Source of the DNA: an uncultured beta proteobacterium
GTDB lineage: Bacteria; Pseudomonadota; Gammaproteobacteria; Burkholderiales; SG8-41
Length of the DNA: 64,000 bases
NCBI GenBank assembly: GCA_963828715.1
Contig: CAWHFX010000002.1
Span: 617,847 to 681,846 of the forward strand
Direction: 5' to 3'
In this document: positions 10,935 through 23,354 of the stretch, one piece after another
Layout of the letters: the number at the start of each line of letters is the position of its first letter
Numbering within the stretch: the first letter of the stretch is position 1
Made by a program: the position numbers and the translations under genes
Notes under the pieces: generated by a model
Database searches by the model: none
Told to the model about the DNA's origin: nothing
Seen by the model: only the letters and a program-made list of their open reading frames with translations

Positions 10935-10959
10935 TCGATTCCGGCGCTTTCGAGTTTCC

Positions 10960-11430
10960 ATGAACATCAATCTCACCCTGATCGCCCAGGCGGCGACCTT
11001 CGCGCTGTTCATCTGGTTTAGCGCGCGCTTCATTTGGCCCTATCTGATGGCGGCGATGGAAGCGCGGCAGAAGCAGATTGCCGAGGGACTGGCGGCGGCC
11101 GAACGCGGACGCCAGGACCTGGAGCAGGCTGCGGTACGGACCGCCGATATGCTCAAGGAAGCGCGCCAGCAGGCGCAGGAGATCCTCGCCCAGGCTGAGC
11201 GTCGCGCCGCGCAGATCATCGAAGAGGCGAAGGGGGCGGCCACGCAAGAGGGTCAACGGCTGGTCGCCGGTGCGAAGGCCGAGATCGAGCAGGAAGTGGC
11301 GCGCGCGCGCGAGACGCTGCGCACGCAGGTCGCGGCGCTGGCGCTGGCCGGCGCGGAGCAGATTCTGCGCCGCGAGGTGGACGCGCGGGTGCACGCGGAG
11401 CTGCTCTCGAGCTTGCAGAACCAGCTCTAG
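10960..11430 (+). CDS. atpF: Fo ATP synthase subunit b
   Basis: 156 aa. N-terminal TM segment ([20 protein letters not shown]), then a long charged helix ([11 protein letters not shown]...), in the expected operon position. Confidence 0.9.
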   Translation: MNINLTLIAQAATFALFIWFSARFIWPYLMAAMEARQKQIAEGLAAAERGRQDLEQAAVRTADMLKEARQQAQEILAQAERRAAQIIEEAKGAATQEGQRLVAGAKAEIEQEVARARETLRTQVAALALAGAEQILRREVDARVHAELLSSLQNQL

Positions 11431-11437
11431 CGCGATC

Positions 11438-11974
11438 ATGGCTGAGCTCATTACCGTCGCGCGCCCGTATGCCGAAGCCGCCTTCAAGCTGGCGCGCGAA
11501 GCGAATGCGCTCGAGCACTGGTCGGACATGCTGGCGCTGATCGAAGGGGTGGTGAGCGATGAGAACATCGCCTCGCGTGTGGGCGACCCCAATGTCGATG
11601 AGCGGGCGCTCGAAGGGGTGATTCTCGGTGCCGCGGGCGAGCGGCTCGACGGGCCCGCACGCAACCTGGTGCAGTTACTCATTGAAAACGGGCGGCTCGA
11701 TCTGGTGCCGCAGGTACGCACGCTGTTCGAAGCCCTGAGGCGCGAGCAGGAAGGGGTAGTGGAGGCGCGCATCATCTCGGCGCTGCCGATCGCAGAAGAG
11801 CAGGTGCGGCCGTTATTGGAGGCGCTCGAACGCAAGTATGGCCGCAAGGTCAATGCGCAGGTCGAGATCGAGCCGGAGTTAATTGGCGGGGTGCGCATCA
11901 TCGTGGGCGACAAGGTGATCGACGCGACGGTACGCGGGCGGCTTGAATCGATGGCGGTGGCGCTCGCGCACTAG
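11438..11974 (+). CDS. atpH: F1 ATP synthase subunit delta (OSCP)
   Basis: In the frame of ORF 11078..11974, ATG at 11438. MAELITVARPYAEAAFKLA... and ...IGGVRIIVGDKVIDATVRGRLESM are typical of delta. Confidence 0.9.
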   Translation: MAELITVARPYAEAAFKLAREANALEHWSDMLALIEGVVSDENIASRVGDPNVDERALEGVILGAAGERLDGPARNLVQLLIENGRLDLVPQVRTLFEALRREQEGVVEARIISALPIAEEQVRPLLEALERKYGRKVNAQVEIEPELIGGVRIIVGDKVIDATVRGRLESMAVALAH

Positions 11975-11995
11975 GCAAGGACAAGGAGTCATGAC

Positions 11996-15054
<3,059 letters not shown>

Positions 15055-15368
15055 GAGAGGCGGCACATCTCGACGACGCCACCGGGGCCGGTTGAGTAGC
15101 GGGATTGGTGGCGAGCGGCAGCGGCGGCGCGGAAGTCGAACCCGTATAGCGGCTGCTGACTCGTGAGCGCGTGAAATCCACACGAAATGGCGCTGGGGGG
15201 CAGAGCCGCTAAGCCGAATCGACTGTCCCGGCGGACTTTGGGTCGCCCAGGCGCGACAACTCGATGTGCATGGTAAGACCGCGGTCGGTACGCCGACGTC
15301 CATGGCCGGAAATGCGATCCCTGCTGGCACACGATCGCCCGGGCAAACACGACGTAGGAAAGCAGCGC

Positions 15369-16547
15369 CTACTTGACCTGCTCGAGCACCCAGTTCGGAA
15401 TATCGCCGGTGTTGGGCGGAACGGTCATCCAATGGTCGGGCTTCTTCGCCATCGCGCGTCCCGCGTCGAACGCCGCCCGCATCTGTTTCGGATCGAAAGC
15501 AAGCGGGTCGTTGCCGATATCTACGTCGTTGGGAATGGCTGCCAATTTGAAGTTATAGCCCAAGAACTTGGCGCCGAAATACGAGCGCGTCATTGCCGTG
15601 AGCATCGACTGGTCCATCATGACGCTGACGGTCGTGGCCGCCACGTCACCGAGAGCCCTGCGCAAAGCCCCGGGCGGGCTATGCAGCCTGCCGTTGTCGA
15701 TCAGGTATATGTTTCCCGCTCCATAGAGCGGAGGCGGGGCACGCTCGGACCCGCCCAATCCCGCAATGACGACATTCGAACGGGCCGCGCCGTCGACGAA
15801 CAGGTGACCGTCGATTTCCACCGGCGGGAACACAATGGGAAACGATGCGGAGGCGAGCAATACCTGGTGATAAAGCTCCAGGTTGCCGTCCTTCGCGATC
15901 AGCGACATGTTCCAGATCCAAGTCTGGCCGTAATCGATGTTGGTCGTACCTATGAAGAGGTATCGGTTGTCGTTGTACGCGGCAGCCACGCGCTTCAGGG
16001 TGTCCGCGGTAATGTATTTGGCGATGAGCGCCCGCAGCGGTGCGGTGTCCGAGAGTGAATCGGCGCCGAACGCGAGGCTGAAGATCCCTCTTTCGCTATG
16101 GATATTTTTCTTGCTGATCTGGGTGTACATCTCTTCGAGCTGCGCATCGTCGGCCGGCGTGCCGAGCAGCGCGTGGGTCGCCAGCAAGGCGCCGGTGCTC
16201 ACCCCGCCAACCATATCGAACTGGGGGCGTTGACCGCTTTCGCGCCAACCGTTCAGCAGGCCCGCACCGAACGCGCCGTTCTGGCCGCCGCCCGAGAGGG
16301 ACAGCATATTGAGCGCGCGGCCTAGCTTGCGTTCCAGCAGGCGCACGCCATTCGGTTCCCCCTCTGTAGCGGCGGCGTACATGGGCGAAACCCGTTGCGG
16401 ATTGAGCGGATCCATTCCGTTCGGCAACATGGCATACGCCGGACTCTTTTGCGAAAGCACCCTTCCCGGAGGGGACGCACATCCCGCGAGCAGCAGCGCG
16501 CCGACCGCCGTCGCAAAAACGGTCAATTTTTCGTGTCGCATGGCCAT
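15369..16547 (-). CDS. patatin-like phospholipase, predicted lipoprotein
   Basis: ORF 15369..16733, ATG at 16545-16547. Lipobox LLLAGC, oxyanion SGGGQNGAFGAG, nucleophile elbow GVSTGA (GxSxG) and catalytic Asp motif FVDGAA. Confidence 0.85.
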   Translation of the reverse strand: MAMRHEKLTVFATAVGALLLAGCASPPGRVLSQKSPAYAMLPNGMDPLNPQRVSPMYAAATEGEPNGVRLLERKLGRALNMLSLSGGGQNGAFGAGLLNGWRESGQRPQFDMVGGVSTGALLATHALLGTPADDAQLEEMYTQISKKNIHSERGIFSLAFGADSLSDTAPLRALIAKYITADTLKRVAAAYNDNRYLFIGTTNIDYGQTWIWNMSLIAKDGNLELYHQVLLASASFPIVFPPVEIDGHLFVDGAARSNVVIAGLGGSERAPPPLYGAGNIYLIDNGRLHSPPGALRRALGDVAATTVSVMMDQSMLTAMTRSYFGAKFLGYNFKLAAIPNDVDIGNDPLAFDPKQMRAAFDAGRAMAKKPDHWMTVPPNTGDIPNWVLEQVK

Positions 16548-16653
16548 CCTTTTGTCTGCACCGCAGAACGTCCTTAAATAGATACGGCGACGCGGTAACG
16601 TGGGGGACAATCGTATTCCTCGTCGAAAGCATCTACGAAAAGTGCGCGAGATT

Positions 16654-17694
16654 TCATTGTGCTCCCATCCCGGGCAGCCCCGCGCGTATACGGCGCGAAA
16701 AGTCCGGAGCGTTGTCTGCGGCACGCGCCGCATCGTTGACCTGGGACCGGCGCATGAACTCGTGGAACGGCAGGCTCGTGTCGAGTCGACCCGTCTCGTA
16801 CACGTACTCCGGCGTGTACCCCGAGACCAGTATCTTCCACGAATAGGCGAGATGATCCGGGTTCACGCGGGCGTTCATCAGGATTCCGGTCGTGCAATTC
16901 GTCAACAGCGTGTTGTAGAACTCAGGCTGAGCGCGCAGCCGGTTGATGGCGTTGATGTATTCCAGGAAAAACCGCCGCCCGTTCTCAATCGGACCCTTCA
17001 CGCGCAGAAGGTAGACGTCCTCCGGCGGATCCTTACGGTAGTTGGTGCGTAGCCGTATCAAGTCGCGTTCGTCGCCCACGATGTAAATCAGCTCGTACTG
17101 CCGGAAAAAGCCGCCGAGCGTCGAGTAGTCTTCAGTGCGCTCCTTGCGCGCCTCGATGGAGACGGCGAGGTGATCGTCTCCAAAACCGAAAGTCACGAAG
17201 AGGTGCGCGATGGCAGGTCCCATCCAATAGGCAGCGACCAAATCCACGCTGTCGAGCTGACGCAGATCGAAGGTGCGGTCGTAGTAACGCGGAGTGAAGT
17301 CGGTTTCGGTGCGATAGTCGAAGTTGCGGATGTTGTGGACGGTCACGAGATCGCCGTCGATCGTGGCATGCGGAAGCTCCGAGACCTCGGCACGCCATTC
17401 GCGATCATTCGACGGTTGAATACCGCTCCACCAGATCACGAGTGTCACGAGCATGATGCCGAAGGTTGCGAGGCTCGCCTGACGCCAGCGGGGAACGAAG
17501 AGCGCGCCTATTGCGCCAAGGCCGACGATGACAGGGATGATCGCGAGTGCCGCGCGCATGTGCTCTTCATTCGGGCCGGTGAAATAGAGAAGCCCCGCCC
17601 CCCACGCACTCGAGCAGGCGATTGTCAGCCCGGCAACGACAACGCCCGCCATACGACTTGCGTTACGCGCGGGAAATCGCCGGGGCGGGCTCAC
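16654..17694 (-). CDS. DUF4105 (Lnb N-terminal periplasmic domain)-family membrane protein
   Basis: 346 aa. N-terminal TM segments, then SNDREWRAEVSELPHATIDGDLVTVHNIRNFDYR...WMGPAIAHLFVTFGF, which I recognise as DUF4105-like. GTG at 17694, alternative ATG at 17652. Confidence 0.6.
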   Translation of the reverse strand: MSPPRRFPARNASRMAGVVVAGLTIACSSAWGAGLLYFTGPNEEHMRAALAIIPVIVGLGAIGALFVPRWRQASLATFGIMLVTLVIWWSGIQPSNDREWRAEVSELPHATIDGDLVTVHNIRNFDYRTETDFTPRYYDRTFDLRQLDSVDLVAAYWMGPAIAHLFVTFGFGDDHLAVSIEARKERTEDYSTLGGFFRQYELIYIVGDERDLIRLRTNYRKDPPEDVYLLRVKGPIENGRRFFLEYINAINRLRAQPEFYNTLLTNCTTGILMNARVNPDHLAYSWKILVSGYTPEYVYETGRLDTSLPFHEFMRRSQVNDAARAADNAPDFSRRIRAGLPGMGAQ

Positions 17695-17786
17695 ATCTCG
17701 TTGTGCTTTCCTGGTTTGTGTCGGCTGAAATTTGCGAAACTCTGGGCCTCTGGGGCGCCATTTCAGACTCGGCCATCCGCTCGAGC

Positions 17787-17804
17787 TATTGGACCTTGGT
17801 CCAC
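17787..17804. repeat. palindrome family copy f: TATTGGACCTTGGTCCAC
   Basis: Read directly. Lies 94 nt upstream of the DUF4105 gene start (17694). Confidence 0.9.
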
Positions 17805-17936
17805 TGTCGGCAAGTTCTCGTGAGTTTCACTTATCGTGCGCGCAAGGGACTTCGTGCCCGCCATGACGAGAGGACTGGGTGACGCTCGTGCGGTGGGTAT
17901 CGCAATCGCGAACGCGGTGAGCCGAAGGAGGGGCGG

Positions 17937-17971
17937 TTGCGGAGGGGAACCATCGGTTCACCTCTGTTCGT
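17937..17971. repeat. 35-nt hairpin-forming element, copy 1: TTGCGGAGGGGAACCATCGGTTCACCTCTGTTCGT
   Basis: 30 of 35 positions are identical to 62694-62728. The 10-bp stem GAGGGGAACC/GGTTCACCTC has one mismatch. Confidence 0.7.
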
Positions 17972-18002
17972 TTTCGGGGACCTGAGTCCCGCCCGCGGTA
18001 CG

Positions 18003-18035
18003 AAAAAAAGAGCGGCGTTTCTGCCGCTCTTTTTT
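18003..18035 (-). terminator. bidirectional rho-independent terminator (ends the 6S RNA transcript)
   Basis: AAAAAAA-GAGCGGC-GTTTCT-GCCGCTC-TTTTTT: a perfect 7 bp GC-rich stem flanked by an A-run and a T-run. Confidence 0.8.
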
Positions 18036-18200
18036 AGTCCCTCAGGTCGGGACCCCCGCCTGTGCCGTCAGGTCTGAACTCTTGAACCTGCGGTTCAAGA
18101 TGGTCGCCTTCCGAGCCCTTCAGGCGCTTCCCATTGGGACGCGCACACCAGGCAACTATAGTCGGCAACGCGAGGTACCCTATTGGCTCAGAGAATTAGA
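18036..18200 (-). ncRNA. ssrS: 6S RNA (ends approximate)
   Basis: Lies directly downstream of zapA, as in E. coli (zapA-ssrS). The minus strand reads AATTCTCTGAGCC... (compare E. coli AUUUCUCUGAG), with a CTTGAACCGCAGGTTCAAG hairpin (compare E. coli CCUUGAACCAAGGGUUCAAGG). The 3' CCTGAGGGA can pair with the 5' end, and a terminator follows. Confidence 0.75.
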
Positions 18201-18256
18201 CCTAAAATACGAACACCGCAGGGGAAGCTTTTGAACGGTCAGAGCTCAGGCCGATT

Positions 18257-18562
18257 TCAGAACAGTTTTGTTTGCTCGGACATCGCCTGATCGATAACCG
18301 TTTCCATGCGAGTCATTCTACGCTTGATCTCCCCCATGTCAAAGCCGCCGACCTTCGTCGTGAGATATTCATGAGCGATATTAAGCGCAGCCATGATCGC
18401 GATGCGCTCGAGACCGATCACTTTCCCGGCATCGCGTATTTCCAGCATTTTCTTGTTCAGATAATCGACGGCCTCCAACAACGACGCCTGCTCTTCTTCC
18501 GGGCACGCGACACGGAAATCACGTCCCATGACCGTTATCTGCAGACTTCGCGCTTCGCTCAT
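18257..18562 (-). CDS. zapA: cell division protein ZapA
   Basis: 101 aa. ITVMGRDFRVACPEEEQASLLEAVDYLNKKMLEIRDAGKVIGLERIAIMAALNIAHEYL is typical ZapA. Confidence 0.88.
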   Translation of the reverse strand: MSEARSLQITVMGRDFRVACPEEEQASLLEAVDYLNKKMLEIRDAGKVIGLERIAIMAALNIAHEYLTTKVGGFDMGEIKRRMTRMETVIDQAMSEQTKLF

Positions 18563-18765
18563 GCTTCGCCTTCTTCAGCGGGAATCTGTGCAAGCAGGCC
18601 TTCCAGCCGGCTCGTCGCACTGTTGATCTTTTCTTCCAGCCGCTTGCTCTGGTTCATGGCGGACGCAAGCTGCTGACGCAACTGCTGGTTGTCTTCGCGC
18701 AGCCGCTGACACACTTCCACGAACTGAGTGATCTTCGATTCGAGTGCTTTGAGTTCCGAGTCCAT
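18559..18765 (-). CDS. small coiled-coil protein, ZapB-like (TIGR02449-type)
   Basis: ORF 18559..18801, ATG at 18763-18765. MDSELKALESKITQFVEVCQRLREDNQQLRQQL is heptad-rich. Overlaps the zapA start by 4 nt. Confidence 0.6.
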   Translation of the reverse strand: MDSELKALESKITQFVEVCQRLREDNQQLRQQLASAMNQSKRLEEKINSATSRLEGLLAQIPAEEGEA

Positions 18766-18949
18766 GCGCGCACTATAGTGGCTAAAAATCAGACCGGTCA
18801 ACTGCTAACGTGCACAAGTGAATGTGATTTGACACTTCCGTTGCGAAGTCCCCCGCGATTCGGGAGAGCACTAACCGGCCACGGCGTTACTTACGACGCA
18901 TGCTATGATCGCGCCCGCTGTCCGGGTGCGCTTTCCGTCGAGCGTCGCG

Positions 18950-19170
18950 GCAGCAACCGAAAGGGTGCTCGGTGCCCGCGCGATGCGAGCCCGGGATAAA
19001 CGGGAAACAGGTGTAAGACCTGTGCTGCCCCCGCAACGGTAAGCGAGAGGTGGTGCTCCATTGGGAGCACCACTGGCGTGCGCCATATGCCACTGGGCTT
19101 GAAAGCCCGGGAAGGCGGAGCGCGTTTTCGCGAGCCCGTATACCGGCCCAGTCGGCGATTCTGGTAGACG
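18950..19170 (+). promoter_or_regulatory. cobalamin (B12) riboswitch, boundaries approximate
   Basis: Conserved core GGGAAACAGGTGTAAGACCTGTGCTGCCCCCGCAACGGTAAGC, then GCCACTGGGC...GGGAAGGC, and a B12-box-like GAGCCCGTATACCGGCCC. Sits directly upstream of a TonB-dependent receptor. Confidence 0.8.
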
Positions 19171-19293
19171 AGCCGCGGGGTGTCGTGCTTCTGCCTGCAT
19201 CAGGGCCGCGCAGGTCCTGATTGCGGCCGCCGGGCCTCTCGCCTCGTCGTGTTCGTTCACGGGCGCGCGGCGGGCGCGCCTCGCGAGGCATCA

Positions 19294-21369
19294 ATGAAAG
19301 CGGTTATTCCTGCGCTCGCGGTCTGTACGGCCGCTACGTCAACCTTTGCTTCCGAAGTTCCTGTCACCCGAGGCGATCCGGTCGTCGTCACCGCGACCCG
19401 GTTCGAAGAGCGCCTCACCGACCGTCCGATCAACATGACCGTCATCTCGCGCGAGCAGATCGAAGCGAGTCCGGCACGCACGGTGCCCGATATTCTGGCG
19501 GAGCAGACGGGCATCAACATTCACGACTTCTTCGGCAACAACGCCTCGACGACGACGGTGGACATGCGCGGTTTCGGTATCACGGGAGCCCAGAACACGC
19601 TGGTCCTGGTCGATGGCCGGCGCGTCAACGATATCGATCTCTCCGGGGTGCAATGGTCCGCGATGCCGCTGAGTGCGATCGAGCGCATCGAGATCGTGCG
19701 CGGCGGCGGCAGCGTGCTCTACGGCGAAGGCGCGACGGCGGGCGTGATCAATATCATCACGCGATCGCCGGGACCCGGGAAGAGCTTCGCCATTCGGGGA
19801 TCGGCCGGCAGCTACGGCATGCATGAAGGCACCGTCGAGGGAAGTATCGGCAACAACACCGCCGCGCTGTCGGTGTACGGGGACGCCTTCGAATCGAACG
19901 GCTACCGCGCGAACAATCACAACCGCCAAACCAACGGCATGGCCGATCTCCGCTGGAATACGGGGTTGGGCGATTTCTCGCTCAAGGTGAGCACCGACAG
20001 TCAGGGCATTCGCCTGCCGGGTGCGCGGCAGGTACAGCCGAGCGCCGGGGTCGACGAGCTGGCGACCGACCGCCGCGGCACGTCCACGCCACTCGACTGG
20101 TCGCAGCGCGACGGCAACCGGGCGCTCCTCGACTGGCGGTATCGGTTGGGCGCGTGGGAGCTCAACCTCGGCGGCGGCTGGCGCGACAAGACGCAGAAGT
20201 CGTTCTTCGATTTCGGCGGCTTTCCCGATTACCGCGAAGCCCAGCTGGGCGTGTGGTCGGTCACGCCGCGCGCGAAGCTCGATGCGCCGCTCTTCGGGCG
20301 GCCCAACACGTTTGTGATCGGTCTCGACTGGTATTCGTGGGATTACGAGCTGCGCCGTTCGAGCGCGACCACCACGATCGCCCGTCCTTTCAACACGGTC
20401 AATGCGACGGAGGACACCGTCGGCGTTTACTTCCTCGACACGATCACGATCACCGACGCGCTCGTCGCGAGCGCCGGCGGCCGCCGCGAACGACTGAAGA
20501 TCGATGCGACCGACTTCTTCGATCCGAACGCACCCGGCGGTGCATTCGGGTCCGGTGCGCCTGCCGGCTCGCAGCGGCTTTACGAGAGCGCATACGAGCT
20601 CGGCGTGCGTTATGAATTCACACCTGCCACCGCGGCCATTGCGAAAACCTCGAAAAGCTACCGGTTCGCCAACGTCGATGAAATCTACGAGACGTCCGCC
20701 TCGTTCACCAACCAATTCCAGTTTCTGCAGCCGCAGACGGCGCGCACGCACGAGCTTGGATTGGAAGCGCGCGTTGCGGACATTGCGACGCGAGCCTCGG
20801 TGTTCGAGATCGACGTGGACAACGAAATCCATCTCGATCCGTTCACGAGCGGCGTGGGCAACCGCAACCTGCCGCCGTCGCGGCGCCGCGGCTTCGAGCT
20901 CGAGGCCTCAGCGAGGCCACTTCCTCGCCTGAGTCTCGGGGGCAATTACACCTACATCGAGGCGCGTTTCCGCGAGGGCGTGCTTGCCGGCGACCCGTTC
21001 ACGCAACAAAACGTCGTCATTGCGGGCCGCACCGTGCCGCTCGTTCCGCGCCACAAGATCGGGCTGCGCACGTCATGGGATTTCACGCCGGCAACGCGTC
21101 TCAGCGTGCTGGCGCGGTACGTGAGCTCGCAGTTCATGGACAACGACGAAGGAAATACGCTCGGCACGAAAATACCGCCGTACAAGGTGGTCGATATGAA
21201 GCTCGCGCATCGCCGCGGTCCGCTGACGATCGCCGCGACCGTGAACAACCTCTTCGGCGAGAAGTACTTCAATTACGCCGTGCGCAGTCAGTTCGTGCCG
21301 GATCGCTACAACGCCTACCCGCAGCCGGAACGAAGCGCATTCGTCACAGTCGAGTACGCGTTGCGGTAG
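19294..21369 (+). CDS. btuB: TonB-dependent outer-membrane receptor, probably for cobalamin/corrinoid
   Basis: ORF 19180..21369, ATG at 19294. Signal peptide, TonB-box-like DPVVVTATR, and plug motif IERIEIVRGGGSVLYGEGATAGVINIIT. The substrate is inferred only from the riboswitch. Confidence 0.8.
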   Translation: MKAVIPALAVCTAATSTFASEVPVTRGDPVVVTATRFEERLTDRPINMTVISREQIEASPARTVPDILAEQTGINIHDFFGNNASTTTVDMRGFGITGAQNTLVLVDGRRVNDIDLSGVQWSAMPLSAIERIEIVRGGGSVLYGEGATAGVINIITRSPGPGKSFAIRGSAGSYGMHEGTVEGSIGNNTAALSVYGDAFESNGYRANNHNRQTNGMADLRWNTGLGDFSLKVSTDSQGIRLPGARQVQPSAGVDELATDRRGTSTPLDWSQRDGNRALLDWRYRLGAWELNLGGGWRDKTQKSFFDFGGFPDYREAQLGVWSVTPRAKLDAPLFGRPNTFVIGLDWYSWDYELRRSSATTTIARPFNTVNATEDTVGVYFLDTITITDALVASAGGRRERLKIDATDFFDPNAPGGAFGSGAPAGSQRLYESAYELGVRYEFTPATAAIAKTSKSYRFANVDEIYETSASFTNQFQFLQPQTARTHELGLEARVADIATRASVFEIDVDNEIHLDPFTSGVGNRNLPPSRRRGFELEASARPLPRLSLGGNYTYIEARFREGVLAGDPFTQQNVVIAGRTVPLVPRHKIGLRTSWDFTPATRLSVLARYVSSQFMDNDEGNTLGTKIPPYKVVDMKLAHRRGPLTIAATVNNLFGEKYFNYAVRSQFVPDRYNAYPQPERSAFVTVEYALR

Positions 21370-21476
21370 CCGAGCTGGGGTTCCGATGACAACCCGTTCG
21401 TGAGGCGACCGGACAAACGCCGTACAAGGGTGAAACGCTGCCGCTACTCGCGCTTCGATACGCCACTGCTCCCAGC

Positions 21477-23342
21477 ATGAACGGTGCTTTTGTGGGCGTC
21501 TCTGTGTCGCTCAGCCGACGTCAGGTGGAATGTGGTGCTATTGTTCGCACCGTGGCAGCGTTCACCAGTCTCGATCTCTATTTCCGCCTGCTGCGCTTCG
21601 TGAAGCCGTATGGCGGAAGATTCGCGGTTTCGCTCGCAGGCATGATGATCGTCGCCGCGACCGAGCCGGCGCTTCCCGCGCTGCTCAAGCCGCTCCTCGA
21701 CGGCACGTTCGTCGACAAGGACGAGCGGATCATGCATCTCATGCCGCTTCTGATCGTTGGCGTTTTCGTCGTGCGCGGGGTTTCCGAGTACATCGCGCAG
21801 TACGCCATAAGCTGGGTCGGCAACCGCGTCGTGATGGATCTCAGGAACGCGATGTTCGACAAGCTCCTGATGCTGCCGACGGCGTATTACGACAGCCGTC
21901 CCACGGGCAACCTGATTTCAAAGGTGACGTTCGACGTATCGCAGGTGACGACCGCCGCGACGAGTGTCCTCACGATCATGTTCAAGGATGGGCTCGCCTG
22001 CATCGGGCTGCTCGGCTGGATGCTCTGGCTGAACTGGAAGCTCACCATGTTTTCGCTGCTGATGGTTCCACTCATCGTCTTTATCGTGCGCACCATCAGC
22101 AGGAAGCTCCGCGCATCGAGCCGCAACGTGCAGCGTACGATGGGCGATGTCACGCAGGTGCTGCAGGAAGCAATCGAAGGACACCGGGTGGTCAAGCTCT
22201 TCGGCGGCCGCAATTACGAAGTCGGCCGCTTCCGCGAGGAGGCAAATCGTGTGCGCAACTTCCTCATGAAGCAGACGAAGGCCGCGGCGGCCAGCATACC
22301 TGCGGCGCAGCTCGTCGCCGCGATTGCGCTTTCCCTCATCGTGCTGGTGGCGACCCATCAGTCGAGTGCGAACGAGATCACGGTCGGCGGCTTCGTCTCT
22401 TTCCTGACGGCCATGCTGATGCTGAACACGCCGCTCAAGCGCCTGATGGGCGTCAACGAGCCGCTGCAGCGTGGTCTCGCGGCAGCGGAAAGTGTTTTCG
22501 AGCTGCTCGACGAGCCCGGCGAGCGCGATACGGGTAAGACGGACCTCGGCCGCGCGGCAGGCACGATCCAGTTCGAGCGCGTTTCGTTCTCGTATCCCGG
22601 CTCGGAGCGTCTGGCATTGAGCGATATCCATCTCGCGATTGGCGCGGGCGAAACGATCGCGCTGGTCGGGCCTTCGGGCAGCGGCAAAACGACTCTCGCC
22701 AATCTCGTGCCGCGCTTCTATCACCCACGGTCCGGACGCATAGCAGTGGACGGCCACGACCTCGAGACGCTGAGCCTCGAATCGCTGCGCAGGAACATCG
22801 CGCTCGTCAGCCAGGACGTCGTGCTGTTCAACGACACTGTTGCCGCGAATATCGCCTATGGCAGCGCGCATTCGATGGCCGAGCAGGACATCGTGGCCGC
22901 GGCGCGCGCGGCACATGTGCTCGAATTCGTCGAGCGCATGCCGCAAGGCTTGCAAACGCTGGTGGGCGAAGACGGCGTGCGGCTCTCGGGAGGCCAGCGT
23001 CAGCGCATCGCGATCGCTCGCGCGCTGCTCCGCAACGCCCCCATTCTGATCCTGGACGAAGCCACGTCCGCGCTCGATTCCGAATCCGAACGGCACATTC
23101 AGGCGGCGTTCGAAACGTTGATGCGCGGACGCACGACCATCGTTATCGCGCACCGGCTTTCGACGGTCGAACGGGCCGACCGCATCGCGGTGCTCGACGA
23201 AGGCCGCATTGTCGAAATCGGAACGCACGCGGAGCTGATGTCGGCCGGCGGACTCTATGCACGGCTCTATCGCACGCAGTTCCAGATCGCAGCGGCGGGT
23301 CATGGCGACGCAACGGCGGCGCGGGTCGTCGCGCGCGCCTGA
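21477..23342 (+). CDS. msbA: lipid A export ABC transporter (fused permease/ATPase), MsbA-like
   Basis: 621 aa. FRLLRFVKPYGGRF..., six TM segments, Walker A GPSGSGKTT, signature LSGGQRQRIAIARA, Walker B ILILDEATSALD. Confidence 0.85.
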   Translation: MNGAFVGVSVSLSRRQVECGAIVRTVAAFTSLDLYFRLLRFVKPYGGRFAVSLAGMMIVAATEPALPALLKPLLDGTFVDKDERIMHLMPLLIVGVFVVRGVSEYIAQYAISWVGNRVVMDLRNAMFDKLLMLPTAYYDSRPTGNLISKVTFDVSQVTTAATSVLTIMFKDGLACIGLLGWMLWLNWKLTMFSLLMVPLIVFIVRTISRKLRASSRNVQRTMGDVTQVLQEAIEGHRVVKLFGGRNYEVGRFREEANRVRNFLMKQTKAAAASIPAAQLVAAIALSLIVLVATHQSSANEITVGGFVSFLTAMLMLNTPLKRLMGVNEPLQRGLAAAESVFELLDEPGERDTGKTDLGRAAGTIQFERVSFSYPGSERLALSDIHLAIGAGETIALVGPSGSGKTTLANLVPRFYHPRSGRIAVDGHDLETLSLESLRRNIALVSQDVVLFNDTVAANIAYGSAHSMAEQDIVAAARAAHVLEFVERMPQGLQTLVGEDGVRLSGGQRQRIAIARALLRNAPILILDEATSALDSESERHIQAAFETLMRGRTTIVIAHRLSTVERADRIAVLDEGRIVEIGTHAELMSAGGLYARLYRTQFQIAAAGHGDATAARVVARA

Positions 23343-23354
23343 AGCCCGGGGCCG

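Noticed and set aside
15055-15368. Non-coding stretch after atpD as a hidden atpC remnant, tRNA or sRNA
   Set aside because: Translations in the three + frames show nothing epsilon-like. I found no cloverleaf-like arms or terminator. Only a degenerate palindrome copy is present.
17937-17971. Resemblance of the 35-nt element (GGGGAACC...CACCTC) to the 16S rRNA 3' end (helix 45 / anti-SD)
   Set aside because: Only short strings match, and the pairing scheme differs (in 16S, GGGGAACC forms the loop region). No rRNA gene context is present, so this is judged coincidental.
19339-23303. Minus-strand ORFs 19339..20832 (497 aa) and 21918..23303 (461 aa)
   Set aside because: They are antisense to the TonB-dependent receptor and msbA. 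They are Arg-rich with no recognisable domains.
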